Assembly: GCA_038087875.1 (NCBI GenBank)
Contig: JAXLNO010005853.1
Span: 186,001 to 234,756 of the forward strand
Length of the DNA stretch: 48,756 nt
Reading direction: 5' to 3'
From: Malacoraja senta
Lineage: Eukaryota
Shown: in pieces, positions 1 through 12,932 of the stretch
Layout: each line of letters opens with the position of its first letter
Position numbering within the stretch: position 1 is the first letter of the stretch
Made by a program: the position numbers and the translations under genes
Notes under the pieces: model-generated
What the model was told of the DNA's origin: nothing
What the model saw: only the letters and a program-made list of their open reading frames with translations
The model's database searches: none

Positions 1-509
1 GTGCTTTAAATTTTAGACTGCCCGTTATATTGTGGGTGGGATTTATGACATGTTTTGGGGCATGTTTGGAGCTTAGTTTAGTTTTTAGATTAGTTTGGAA
101 AGACCATGGGGAAGGTTAACCCTTCTACCATGTGAGATCATGCGGGATCATGCAGATCTTGCCAATGTTACGGAGACACGAGGAGTTTACTAATGTCTAA
201 AGTAATAAGCTGGAGTTGGAAGAAGATTGTAGTAATGAGTCGGAAGAAACTTGGATGTATTTTACTTTCTATCAACAATGAAGCATTTATTCATAAAAAG
301 ACTGTGTTTTGAAGCCATATCTGTGAAGAAGCTCTGAAGGTCTCTGCGAGTGAGCTCGCATGCGTTTAGAAGACACCCCTTCAACCATTCTCATTCAAAT
401 AGCAGCTAGGGTGCTAATTACCTGAAAGATATGAAAATCTGCCGCTACAACAACAACAACTATAATCTTATCCCCTCTGATAAACGTTGCTCCTCATCCA
501 TACCGATGA

Positions 510-740
510 ACATGCCCATACCATCTACACTAGTCCCATTTGCCTGCATTTGACCTACATCTCATTAAACCTTCCTATCCATGTACCTGCCCATGTGTCT
601 TTCAACTGTTGTTCTTGTACCCGCCTCAACTCCTTCCTCTGGAAGCTTGTTCCAGATGCATATCAACCTCTGTGTAAAAACATTGCTCCTCAGGTTCCTG
701 TTAAATGTTTCCCCTCTCAGCTTGTGGTTAGCTCTTAAAA
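510..740 (-). mobile_element. CR1 3' end fragment
   Basis: GETFNRNLRSNVFTQRLICIWNKLPEE..EAG matches the CR1 ORF2 C-terminus. Confidence 0.75.
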
Positions 741-1039
741 CTGCACTATAAGCATTCCAGTCTGTGTAGGTAGGAATGGGAAATAAGGGCTGGCTGTGCC
801 TGTGAAGCCCACAGAGCCAGCCACAGGCACCTCCCTGGATGCAGAGAAAAAAATGGGTTGGGTGAGACTCTGAATAGGCAATCGTTTTGTTCACCCCCGA
901 CAGGTTGAAGGGTGAGAAAGGGAGAGCAAGGGGTGGTGTGAGAGGAGTGGAGTGGGTGGGGAATGGGGGAGAGAAGCCAGCGAGGGGATGGGAGAGAATT
1001 CAATAAGAGGGTGGGAGTGAAGAAAGAGAAACAGAGGCA

Positions 1040-1350
1040 GCACTGTGGCACAGCGATAGAACTGTTGCCTGATGGCACCAGAGACCTGGGTTCGATACTG
1101 ACTATGGATGCTGTCCGATCAAAGTTTGTACGTTCTCCCTGTGACCACGTGGGTTTCCTCCCAGTGCTCCAGTTTCCTCCTACACTCCAAAGACACACAG
1201 GTTTGTAGGTTAATTGACTTTGTTAAAATTGTTCCGAGTGTGTAGTGTGTCCCTAGTTTGGACTAAAAGTGCTAGTGTACGGGGTGATCGCTGGTAGGGA
1301 CACAGACTCAGTGGGCCAAAGGGCCTGTTTCCACTCTATATCTCTAAAGG
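1040..1350 (+). mobile_element. tRNA-derived V-SINE (HE1-like)
   Basis: A-box-like tggcacagcgatag, B-box gggttcgatac, V-domain gttctccctgtgaccacgtgggtttcctcc, and CR1-type tail gggccaaagggcctgtttcc. Confidence 0.85.
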
Positions 1351-1994
1351 CCAAACTCAACACATTAACATTAATGTGTAGACAGTGGTTGCCCTGTCAC
1401 TGGTGTGATAACATTCTGCAAACCACAGTATTTTTGGAAGAGTGGTGTGATTCAGATTAACTTCCCTCACAAGGAATGGACAATAAAAATTGGATCAACC
1501 AGCAACAACCGCATCTCCTGAACATGTCAGTCTGAAAAATTAATGCCAATGATCGCAATGATTTTACAGAAGTGCTGACAAATTTATGTGCCATTCCTGT
1601 GTTGCAACAATTAAACTACAAAACCATTCTACACAATGTGTTGAGGGAGAAGGAGATAGTCATGTAGTATAGAAAAAGGCCCTTTGAAAAAGGCCAACTC
1701 ATCCCTGTTGACCAATGTCACCCATCAAAGCCAGTCCCATTTGCCCACATTTGCTCCATATCATCTCAATCTTTCCCCATTCCCAGCTGAACCTTAACCT
1801 GGATTGCATTTCACTCTCCTTAACGTCAATGTGCCCAGAAGTGAGTACTCTGTACTCTTTTGTTTATTGCCCCTCCTCTTCTCAAAGGTAGCTTCTCAAA
1901 GAATTTTATTGTCAAGCAGCAATGACTTGAACAAATTCTTGCTAAGTGAAGGTTTGTACTGCATCTGAGTGAATTATTACAATTTTTTATAATC

Positions 1995-2635
1995 ATTCTA
2001 TATCAATGACTTGATGGGATCATATACGGCAAGATTAGCAAGTTTGCAGATGATACAAAGTGGGTGGTTTTGCAGATAGGGAAGATGGTTGTGAAAAATT
2101 GCAGCAAGATCTTCATCGATTGGCCAGATGGGCTGAGGAATGGTTGATCGAATTTAATACAGAGAAATGTGAGGTGTTGCATTTTGGGAAATCTAGCATG
2201 GGCAGGACATACACAGTCAATGGAAATGCTCTGGTCGGTGTCGTAGAGCAGAGGGATCTAGGAGTGCAGGTGCATAGTACCTTGAAGGTGGAGTCGCAGG
2301 TAGTTCGGGTGGTCAAAAAGGATTTTGGCACATTCGCCTTCATCAGTCAGAATATTGAGTATGGAAGTTGGGAGGTCATGTTGCAGTTGTAAAAGATGTT
2401 GGTTAGGCCACATTTAGAGTATTGTGTTCAGTTCTGTGCAGAGACGTTTTACGAGGATGTTGCCAGGATTAGAGGGTCTGAGCTATAGGGGAAGGTTGAG
2501 TAGGCTGGGTAATACTTGGAGCGCAGAAGGATGAGGGGTGATTTTATAGAGGTGTATAAAATCATGAGAGGAATAGATTGGGTAGATGCACAGAGTGGCT
2601 TGCCCAGAGTAGGTGAATCGAGGACCAGAGGATCG
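1995..2635 (+). mobile_element. CR1 RT 3' fragment
   Basis: YINDL..KFADDTK; LQQDLHRLARWAEEWLIEFNTEKCEVLHFG. Confidence 0.88.
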
Positions 2636-2807
2636 TATCTATAATCTTATCCCCTCTGATAAACGTGGATCCTTCCAGTATCATCCTTATAACCCTGATG
2701 GTTGGAGCCTCTCCACTTTCCTTACTTGCTTCTATTAACGGTCTGGGGATATTTCATCGAGCTTGAGAACTTGCTCACTTTCAGTCAGATTAAGGCGGCT
2801 CACTTTC

Positions 2808-3030
2808 AAGGCAGCACAATGGTGCAGCAGGTAGAGCTGCTGCCTCACAGTGGCAGAGACCCAGGTTCGGCTGAAGGAGGGTCTCGACCGTAAAACATCA
2901 CCTATTCCTTATCTCCAGAGATGCTACCTGTCCCACTGAGTTACTCCAGCTTTTTGTGCCCAATCGGGTTCGATCCTGACCTTGCGGGCTGTCCGTGTGG
3001 GGTTTGCATGTTCTCCCTGTAACCGTGTGG
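2808..3030 (+). mobile_element. V-SINE 5' part interrupted by a hammerhead-motif repeat (about 2870-2958)
   Basis: tggtgcagcaggtagag...ggttcg[insert]gggttcgatcc...gttctccctgtaaccgtgtggg. Confidence 0.75.
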
Positions 3031-3589
3031 GTTCATAAGATTTATCTCGCCTGCACAAAGCCATTCTGACTAGAGTCAATAAGTCCATGCTTTTAAATGC
3101 ATTAAATCCTATCCCTAAGAATTTTCTCTGGTAGGTTCTCTACCATCAATGTAAGGCTCATCGCTCTGTAATTTCCTGGTTTATCCATTTTTTTCTTGAA
3201 CAAAAGGAACAACATTAGCTATTCGCCAGTCCTCTGGGATCTCGGCTGTGGCTAAAGAGGATATGAAGATATCAGTTGCCCAGTAATCTTCCCTCTTTCC
3301 TTTCCCAACATCGGTGTAAATCCCATCAGACCCTGAGAACCTATCCATCCTTAATATTCTAAAAGAGACCCAACAAGTTCCCTGAAGTTGTAGAATTCAA
3401 TATTAAGTCCAGACAGCTGCAACCTGTCCAGATGAAAGATGAGGTGCATCAGTCTGAAGAGAGGCCCCAACCGTCGCCGTCTCTTCATTTCCCCCCACAT
3501 ATGCTGATTGACCAGCTGAGTTCTTCCAGCACTTTTGTTTTGCTGTTCCTCCAGCTTGCACTGTGCCTCACTGTCACAAGACAGGAGGC

Positions 3590-4000
3590 CAAAGAATGTA
3601 AGTTGGATGGGGAATTACAGTGGCAGATGATAGAAAGCTTAGGGTCGCCCTTGCAGACTGAACACAGGTGATATGCAAAGCAATCACCCAGTCAGTGTTT
3701 TGTTTTTCCAATGTAGAGGAGAACTGCGAACGTTGAATGTTGGAATTGGAAGTTCTGCTTCACCTGGACTGTTGGGGTCCCAGGACGGTGCGAAGAGAAG
3801 AGGTGAACGGACATGTGTGGCATCACCTGCTGTTGCAAGGCAAAGCGCCATAAGATGGGGTTGGTTGGCAGGAACAGAAGAGTGAACAAGGGAGATACGA
3901 AGCGAACGATCCTTGCAAAATGCTGAATAGCGGAGAGGGGAAGATGTGTCGTGTGGTGGAGTCTCTTTGAAAATGGCAGAAATCATAGAGAGTGAATGTA
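3590..4000 (-). mobile_element. Older Penelope-like remnant
   Basis: Same SAF.KDRSL..SLV.SS motif and downstream nucleotide similarity to 4631-5086. Confidence 0.65.
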
Positions 4001-4344
4001 GAGGCTGATAGGGTGGAAGATCAGGGGGATCTATCCTTGTTCTTTCTAAGTTAAAAATGTTAATGCCTTGGAAGTAGTTCAGAGAAGGCTTACTAAACTT
4101 TTCCTCATCAGATTTCAGAGACGTTTGCCTTATGACAAATGATTGGGCAGGCTGGGCTTGTATCTCTTAGAGTTTAGAAAAGTGATAGGCAAGTTGTTAA
4201 TGCTGAAGGGCCTCATTAGAGTGGATGTGGAGAGGTTGCTTCCCCTCATCGGAGAGTCTAGAACTAAGGACCATGTTTATAAATAAGTAGTCACCCTAAA
4301 GGCAAGGTAACTTTCATTTTGCCTGAGGTTGAGAGCACTACTTG

Positions 4345-5162
4345 TTGTGGACACATCATGCTGGAGTAACGCAGCGGGTGAGGCAGCATCTATGGAGAGA
4401 AGAAATTGCCGATGTTTCAGGTCGAGACCCTTCTTCAGACTGATGTCAGGGGAGGGGACAGGACACAGAAAGAATGTAGGTGGAGACAATAAGACCAGTG
4501 GGAGAACTGGGAAGGAGGAAGGGATGGAGTGATAAAGCAAGGGCTACCTGAAGTTAGACAAGTCAATGTTCATACCACTGGGGTGCAAACTACCCAAGCA
4601 AAATATGAGGTGCAGTTCCTCCAATTTGCGCTAGGCCTCACTCTGACAATGGAGGAGGCCCAGGACAGATTGGGAATGGGAGGGGGAATTGAAGTGCTGA
4701 TCCACCGGGAGATCAGCTTGGTTAATGTGGACTGAACGGAAGTGTTCAGCGAAACAATCGCCAAATCTGCGCTTGGTCTCGCCGATATAGAGAAGTTGAC
4801 ACCTGGAACAGTGGATGCAGTAGATGAGGTTGGAGTAGGTGCAAGTGAACCTCTGCCTCACTTGGAAAGACTGTTTGGGTCCTTGAATGGAGTCATAGGG
4901 GGGAGGTAAAGGGCAGGTGTTGCAACTCCTGCGGTTGCATGGGAAGGTACCTGAGGAGGGGGTGGCTTGTGTGGGAAGTGACGAGTTGACCAGGGAGGTA
5001 TGGAGGGAACGGTCTCTGCGGAAAGCAGAAAGGGGTGGAGATGGGTAGATGTGGCCAGATCTTCCCATCTCCACACTACAGGCCACATCTTCCCATCTCC
5101 ACCCCTTTCTGCTTTCCGCAGAGACCGTTCCCTCCGTAACTCCATGGTCACCTCGTCCCTTC
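4345..5162 (-). mobile_element. Penelope-like element 3' fragment (GIY-YIG endonuclease plus pLTR with hammerhead motif)
   Basis: CNRRSCNTC...NLIYCIHCSRCQLLYIGETKRRFGDCFAEH (GIY-YIG), hammerhead-like core at 4411-4438, inverted duplication at the 5' end. Confidence 0.88.
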
Positions 5163-5199
5163 CGTGTGGCCTATTCACCCCACATTCCCATCAAATTCT

Positions 5200-5410
5200 C
5201 CCAGTTTCTATCACCCACCTACAGAGTGGGTATAATTTGCATCAACCAATTAACACCACCGCTTTGGAATGTAGGGGGAAGCTATGGGGAAGCTTGTATG
5301 GTCACAGGGAGAATGTGCAAACTCCATACTGACAGCACCCAAGATCAGGCAAGATCAGGATTGAACCCAGGTCACTGTAGCTGTGAGATAACGGCTCTAC
5401 TCACTGTGCC
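5200..5410 (-). mobile_element. V-SINE
   Basis: Reverse complement of the V-domain (ggtcacagggagaatgtgcaaactcc) and tRNA head. Confidence 0.7.
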
Positions 5411-6699
5411 TTTGAGATATCTGCTTGATAAACAAGAGGGTAAAAGATTAGCAGGGTGGACAGAAATATTGGGTTGAGGTTACAATCAAATCAACAATGA
5501 TCTTATTAAATGACAGAACAGGGTTTGAGAGGCCAAAGGGCTTACTTCTACTAGTTCATATATTAACCAGGAGCATAGGAGGGTGGTTGTGTAATCTCTC
5601 TTTTGGGAGGATGATGGGAAATGTAACGATGGCAAATAAAATGAAGAGGGGACTGGACAAGAACCTGGATCTAATAAAGAGATCCACTGGAAACAGGTTT
5701 CCATGGAAACATGATTGTCCCGGGGTGACCAATGATACTTGCTCCTGTGGGAACATGGGCTGACTTACCCCCAAAACTAACTCCAATACCAAATGACACA
5801 CTGATGTTGAGAGTTGCAAGCCCAAATCTGACCTGTGGATTGGCTGCCTGCAATGGTATAGGTTTCGGTTTAGTATTGTCATGTTTACCAAGGTACAGCA
5901 AAAAGTTTTGTTTTGCAGCCTTTCCAAATAGATCAGATATACTATACCGAAATACATTCAAGCCAAACTCAAATACAATAGGTACTTGAGAGAAGGAGTA
6001 GAATATAGTTCTTAGCATTGTACGGCATCAACATGCACTTTAATGTTGCACCACAATTCTGGGTATCTGCTTTTGCAACTTCCAAGGATGTGGCACCCCA
6101 TTAATCTACACCTATCAAGTGAAAACAAGAAGCTGATTCTTCCTGTCATTTAAGTTGTTTTCCTTCAATGTTGAGATCTTACTGCGGCTACTATTTCACA
6201 TAGCGAGTGACTTTGCTGAAGTGATAAAGGAACTAAAGCTATTTGACTTCCACCTTCTCTTACTTCTGCTTTATGGGGATGGACCCTGACCGTTGTATGA
6301 TGCGAGCACGTCAGGGCTTCCACACGGACACACTGGCCAACAAACTTTGGGAAGCACTGGGTGAAGGAAGAAATGTGCTTGTCAGACGTTGGTGGGACAA
6401 TGACTTTGATGCCTCCAAATCTGCCTATTTCACTACACTTTAGGCTAGCCTCCCTCATTGAATTTTCAGTGCCCTGTCCCTACTTACAATCCCCGTTCAC
6501 ACTTCACTCTTGGCTTTGCTAAACAGCGACCGCTCTTTAAAATTCCCTACCTGTGCTTTGAAATATCCTCCTATAACAGTCAGATGACTGTGTTCTTCCA
6601 AAAATTGGCTTCCTCATAACCTTTATTCGGTAGTCCTATCTTCAGCTGCTTGGGTCCCAAATTCTTCAATTCCCTGCCTGGTTCACTCACTCTCTTCCA

Positions 6700-7250
6700 T
6701 TGAGATAGAATACAGCAAAGAAGCAAACCCTTCAGCCCAACTCATCCAAGCTGTCCAAGATTCCCAAATACACTCCTCCAACTTGCCTGCATTTGACTTA
6801 TATCCCTTTAAACCTTTCCATGTACCGTTCCAAGTGTCTTTCAAATGCTGTTACTGCACCTGCCTCAACCACTTCCTCTGGCAGGTTGTTCTATATAATC
6901 ATCACTCACTGTGTGAAAACGTTGTCCTTCAGGTTACTATTAAATCTTTCCCCTCTCATGTTAAACCCATGCTCACTAAGTTCTTGATTTTGTATACTTC
7001 TATAAGATCATACCTCAGTCTCCTGTAATTAAGGAAAAAAGTCTCAACCTGCCCAACCTCTTCCGATAACTCAAGTCCCAAATGGCAAAACATCACACTG
7101 ATCTTAATCAAACTCCATTTGCCATTTTTTGGCCCACTTATTCTGCTGATCAGGATCCTGCTATAATTCTTCATCAATTCTTCACTGTCTACGATACCAA
7201 TTATTTTTGTGTCATTTGCACAATAACCTTATGTATTCTCAGCCAACACC
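6700..7250 (-). mobile_element. Degraded CR1 fragment
   Basis: CR1 3' motifs (WSLIKISVMF; YRRLRYDLIEVYKI). Confidence 0.65.
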
Positions 7251-7441
7251 CATATCTGAACAAATGGTTCCTAAAGTGGGTCCTTCTGATGTCTGATGTG
7301 TGAACATTAGTAGAGCCTTATAAATCAGCCACATTAGTAGAGTATTATAAATGCAAGCGATCTTTGTCATTTAGACAATAGACAATAGACAATAGGTGCA
7401 GGAGTAGGCCATTTGGCCCTTCGAGTCAGCACCGCCATTCA

Positions 7442-8071
7442 TAGAAACATAGAAACATAGAAAATAGGTGCAGGAGCAGGCCATTCGGCCCTTCGAGCCT
7501 GCACCGCCATTCAATATGATCATGGCTGATCATCCAACTCAGTATCTTGTACCTGCCTTCTCTCCATACCCCCTGGTCCCTTTAGCCACAAGGGCCACAT
7601 CTAACTCTCTCTTAAATATAGCCAATGAACTGGCCTCAACTACCTTCTGTGGCAGAGAATTCCTCAGATTCATCACTCTCTGTGTGAAAAATGATTTTCT
7701 CATCTCGGTCCTAAAAGACTTCCCCCCTTATCCTTAAACTGTGACCCCCTGTTCTGGACTTCCCCAGCATCGGGAACAATCTTCCTGCATCTAGCCTGTC
7801 CAACCAACTCCTATAAGATCCTCCCTCAATCTTCTAAATTCTAGCGAGTACAAGCCGAGTCTATCCAGTCTTTCTTCATATGAAAGTCCTGACATCCCAG
7901 GAATCAGTCTGGTGAACCTTCTCTGTACTCCCTCTATGGCAAGAATGTCTTTCCTCAGATTAGGAGACCAAAACTGTACGCAATACTCCAGGTGTGGCCT
8001 CACCAAGACCCTGTACAACTGCAGTAGAACCTCCCTGCTCTTATACTCAAATCCTTTTGCTATGAAAAATG
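7442..8071 (-). mobile_element. 5'-truncated CR1 nested in the 3' UTR of the large CR1
   Basis: (TTTCTATG)n tail at 7442-7463 and ORF2 C-terminus (7791-8018). The host sequence ccgccattc/aatgtg is split and ttca is repeated at both junctions. Confidence 0.8.
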
Positions 8072-11000
8072 TTCAATGTGATTATGGCTGTTCATCCCCA
8101 ATCAGTACCCTGTTCCTGCCTTCTCCCCATATCCCCTGACTCTGCTATTTTTAAGAGCCCTATCTAGCTCTCTCTTGAAAGCATCCAGAGAACCTGCCTC
8201 CACCGCCCTCTGAGGCAGAGAATTCCACAGACTCAACACTCTCTGTGAGAAAAAATGTTTCCTCGTCTCCCTTCTAAATGGCTTACTCCTTATTCTTAAA
8301 CTGTGGCCCCTGGCTCTGGACTCCCCCAACATCGGGAACATGTTTCCTGCCTCTAGTGTGTCCAAGCCCTTAACAATCTTATATGTTTCATTGAGATTCC
8401 CTCTCATCCTTCAAAACTCCAGAGTGTACAAACCCAGCTGCTCCATTCTCTCAGCATATGACAGTCCCGCCATCCCGGGAATTAACCTTGTAAACCTACG
8501 CTGCACTCCCTCAATAGCAAGAATGTCCTTCCTCAAATTAGGGGACCAAAACTGCACACAATACTCCAGGTGTGGTCTCACTGGGGCTCTGTACAACTGC
8601 AGAGGGACCTCTTTGCTCCTATATTCGATTCCTCTTGTTATAAAGGCCAACATGCCATTCGCTTTCTTCACTGCCTGCTGTACCTGCATGCTTACTTTCA
8701 TAGGCAGATGTACAAGGACCCCCCCAGATCCCGTTGTACTTCCCCATTTCCCAACTTGACGCCATTTAGATAGTAATCTGCCTTCCTGTTTTTGCTACCA
8801 AAGTGGATAACCTCACATTTATCCGCATTAAACTTCATCTGCCATGCATCTGCCCACTCCCCCAACCGGTCCAAGTCACCCTGCATTCTCATAGCATCCT
8901 CCTCACAGTTCACACTGCCACCCAGCTTTGTGTCATCTGCAAATTTGCTAATGTTACTTTGAATCCCTTCATCCAAATCATTGATGTATATTGTAAATAG
9001 CTGTGGTCCCAGCACCGAGCCTTGCGGCACCCCACTAGTCACTGCCTGCCATTCTGAAAGTGACCCGTTAATCCCTACTCTTTGTTTCCTGTCTGCCAAC
9101 CACTTCTCTATCCATGTCACCACTCTACCCTCAATACCATGTGCCCTAATTTTGCCCACTAATCTCCTACGTGGGACCTGATCAAATGCTTTTGAAAGTC
9201 CAGGTACACTACATCCATTGGCTCTCCCTTGTCCATTTTCCTAGTTACAACTTCAAAAAATTCCAGAAGATTAGTCAAGCATGATTTCCCCTTCGTAAAT
9301 CCATGCTGACTCGGACCGATCCTGTTACTGCTATCCAAATGTGCGGCTATCTCATCTTTTATAATTGACTCCAGCATCTTCCCCACCACCGATGTCAGGC
9401 TAACTGGTCTATAATTCCCCATTTTCTCTCTCCCGCCTTTCTTAAAAAGTGGGATAACATTAGCTACCCTCCAATCCACAGGAACTGATCCTGAGTCTAT
9501 AGAACAATGGAAGATTATCACCAATCCATCCACGATTTCTAGAGCCACTTCCTTAAGTACCCTGGGATGCAGACCATCAGGCCTTGGGGATTTATCAGCC
9601 TTCAGTCCCATCAGTCTATCCAACACCATTTCCTGCCTAATGTGGATTTCCTTCAGTTCCTCTGTTACCCCAGATCATCTGGCCACTACTATATCAGGAA
9701 GATTGTTTGTGTCCTCCTTAGTGAAGACAGATCCAAAGTAACTGTTCAACTCATCTGCCATTTCCTTGTTCCCCATAATAAATTCACCTTTTCGGTCTTC
9801 AAGGGTCCAACTTTGGTCTTAACTATTTTTTCCTCTTCACATACCTAAAGAAGCTTTTACTATCCTGCTTTATGTTCTTGGCTAGCTTACTTTCGTACCT
9901 AATCTTTTCTCCCCGTATTGTATTTTTGGTTATCTTCTGTTGTTCTTTAAACATTACCCAATCCTCTTGCTTCCCGCTCATCTTTGCTACGTTGTACTTC
10001 TTCACTTTAATTTTTATACTGTCCCTGATGTCCCTTGTCAGCTATGGTCATCCCTTTCTCCCCTTGGAATTCTTCTAGGAATGAACTGATCCTGCACCTT
10101 CTGTATTATTCCTAGAAACACCTGCCATTTTTGTTCCACTGTCATCCCTGCTAGTGTATCTTTCCAGTCAACTTTGGCCAGCTCCTCCCTCATGGCCCCA
10201 TAGGCCCCTTTATTCAACTGCAACACTGACACCTCCGATCTACTCTTCTCCCTCTCCAATTGTAGATTAAACCTGACCATGTTATGGTCACTTCCTCCTA
10301 ATGGCTCATTAACCTCGAGGTCCTTTATCAAATCCGGTTCGTTACATAACACTAAATCCAGAATTGCCTTCTACCTGGTAGGCTCCAATACAAGCTGTTC
10401 AAAGAATCCATCACGAAGGCACTCTACAAAGTCCCTTTCTTGGGGTCCAGTACCAACCTGATTTTCCCAGTCTACCTGCATGTTGAAATCTCTCATAACA
10501 ACCACAGCATTACTTTTACTACATGCCAATTTTAACTCCCGATTCAGCGCGCACTATGTCCAGGCTGCTGTTTGGGGGCCTGTAGATTAGTCCCATTAGT
10601 GTCTTTCTACCCTTACAATTCCTTAGTTCTATCCATACTGACTCCACATCTCCTGTTTCAATGTCACCCCTTGCAAGGGACTGAATTTCATTCCTCACCA
10701 ACAGGGCAACCCCACCCCCTCTGCCCACCTGTCTGTCTTTTCGATAGGAGGTATACCCTTGAATATTCAGTTCCCAACCCTGGCCCTCTTGCAGCCATGT
10801 CTCATTAATTCCCACAACATCATACTTGCCAGTTTCTAACTGAGCCTCAAGCTCGTCCACTTTATTCCTTATACCTCGCGCATTCATATACAGTACTTTG
10901 ACCTCTGTATTCACTTCCACCCTCGCACCGCTCGCAATTGGCCCTGACCTTACTCTGTTGTCAATTCTCAAACTTTCCTTCCCATTAATTCGAGAATCTT

Positions 11001-12194
11001 TCGTAATTTTTCCTGTAGCCACCTCCTTCAACTCCATCTTTATACTCCCAATTTGTCAATCCCTCCCCCCCACTATTTAGTTTAAACCCACACGTGTAGC
11101 CCGAGCAAACCTGCCTGCCAGAATGTCGGTCCCCCTCCAGTTAAGGTGTAACCCGTCCCTTTTGTACAGGTTACCCCTACCCCAGAAGAGATCCAAGTGG
11201 TCTATAAATCTAAATCCTTGCTCCCTGCACCAGCCCCTCAGCCACACATTCAGATCCCCTATCTCCCCGTTCCTGTCCTCACTAGCACGTGATACAGGAA
11301 GCAATCCAGAGATAACCACTCTAGAAGTCCTGCTTTTCAGTCTTCTTCCCAACTCTCTGAAGTCATGTTGGAGAACCTCCTTCCTCTTCTTCCCGATGTC
11401 GTTTGTGCCTATGTGCACAACTACTGCCGGCTGTTCACCTTCTCTCTCTCTCTCTCGAAGATGTTCAGAATTCAGCTCGTGACATCCTGAACCCTGGCAC
11501 CAGGGAGGCAACAGACCATCCTCACATCTTGTCTGCCGCCACAGAATCTCCTGTTCACTCCTCGGACAATGGAGTCACACACCACTAAGCCTCTGCCCGA
11601 TGTCGGTCTCGCCGGTCGTGTCCCATCTCCAGGATATGAGCCACCGACGTTTCAGACTGGAAACATTGTCTCCCCGGACAGTTCCCAAGAGGGCGTACCT
11701 GTTTTCATTAGGCACTGCCACCTGAGTCTTCTGCCCTCCACGATTTCCATCCTTTCTCTACATCACACACATTGGTTCTTCCCGTAACCTCGGCGTGACT
11801 ACCTCACTGTAGGTCCTGTCCAGGAAACTCTCGTTTTCCCGGATGGCCCTGAGGTCATCCAGCTGCTTCTCCAGTGCTCCAACACGGTCCTTTAGGAGCT
11901 GAAGCTGGACGCACTTGCCACAGTTGTAGCAGCCAGAGGCTCAATCCGTGTCCCTGGGCCCCACATTCAGCAAGCCTCACACTGTCTCATCTGCCCCGAC
12001 ATGTGTTTACCGCGTTCCATCCTCTCGAGCTTTATGCATAGCCTCCTCTCCTCAGCCTCTTCACCGAAGGCTCTCGAGCCAAAGACTCACACTTTTCTCA
12101 CAAGGCCGCTCCTTCACTGCCACTCCCTAAGAGCCCTTGCTTATATTGACTGATACATTGCCTAATTTACCAATTTACAAACCAAATTCCTCAG

Positions 12195-12465
12195 TTTTAA
12201 ACTGTTTTCCCCCTCTGACTCACTTCTAACTCCTCCCACTCGGGCTAGAGCCAATCAGTGCTTTTTCCTGCTTCTCTTTGCTGCTGTTTCTTCAAAATCC
12301 GCGGGAACTCTGAGTTAAGTCTGCCTGTGCTTTGCCTCTCCTTTTCAACTGTTTTCCCCTTCTGACTCACTTCTAATTCTCCTCCCACTCGGGCTAGAGC
12401 CAATCAGTGCTTTTTCCTGCTTCTCTTTGCTGCTGTTTCTTCAAAATCCACGGGAGTTCTGAGTT
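12195..12465. repeat. Tandem ~122-bp direct repeat at the CR1 5' end
   Basis: 12195-12316 and 12342-12465 are nearly identical and each contains agccaatca (CCAAT box). Confidence 0.9.
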
Positions 12466-12904
12466 CTTCTTGATACTTCTTGATATGAGCAGAACTGAGG
12501 TTAGGAGCTGAGATTCAAAAGTTTAGTTTTTAAATTAAACACCTTATATATGTGATGGAAAAGGAGGAAATGCAAACAAGATGAACAATTCAATTAGTAG
12601 AATAGTAGATATTGAAAAAACGGATAATCCCACAAGCATTCACTTGAATCAGTAAAGAGGGCTTATCACCAAGATAGCTTTAATTATAAGAACTTTATTC
12701 ACTTATGGGTCTATAAAACAGAATTAAATGATAGGTCAACAGAATTGGAATGTGGTTAATATCAGAGAGCAGAATAAGGATTGAAGGGGAATCATTCTCA
12801 GAAGGTAGACACAAGGAATTGCAGATGCTGGAATCTTGCGTACAACACAAAGTGGTGGAGTAACTTAGCAGGTCAGGCAGTATCTCAGGAGAACATGGAT
12901 TGGT

Positions 12905-12932
12905 GACATTTCAGGTCAGGACCCTTCTTCAG
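12905..12932 (-). ncRNA. Minimal hammerhead motif in a PLE-derived repeat
   Basis: Minus strand CTGAAGA-A-GGGTC-CT-GACCT-GAAAT-GTC. Confidence 0.55.

Larger units (their letters stand above)
7372..12465 (-). mobile_element. Near full-length CR1 LINE, degraded
   Basis: ORF1 zinc finger/leucine zipper (CxxC..CxxC, QLQLLKDRVGALEKQL, about 11790-11990), SGNH esterase (HIGTND, DGLHLN, 11077-11511), APE endonuclease (YMNARGIRNK, GINETWL, 10519-11037), RT ([15 protein letters not shown]), and a 3' tail of (TATTGTC)n. Confidence 0.95.

Noticed and set aside
6060-6700. Second gene in the non-repeat stretch (ORFs 6165-6458 and 6243-6443)
   Set aside because: No recognisable domain and no consistent splice-site pair.
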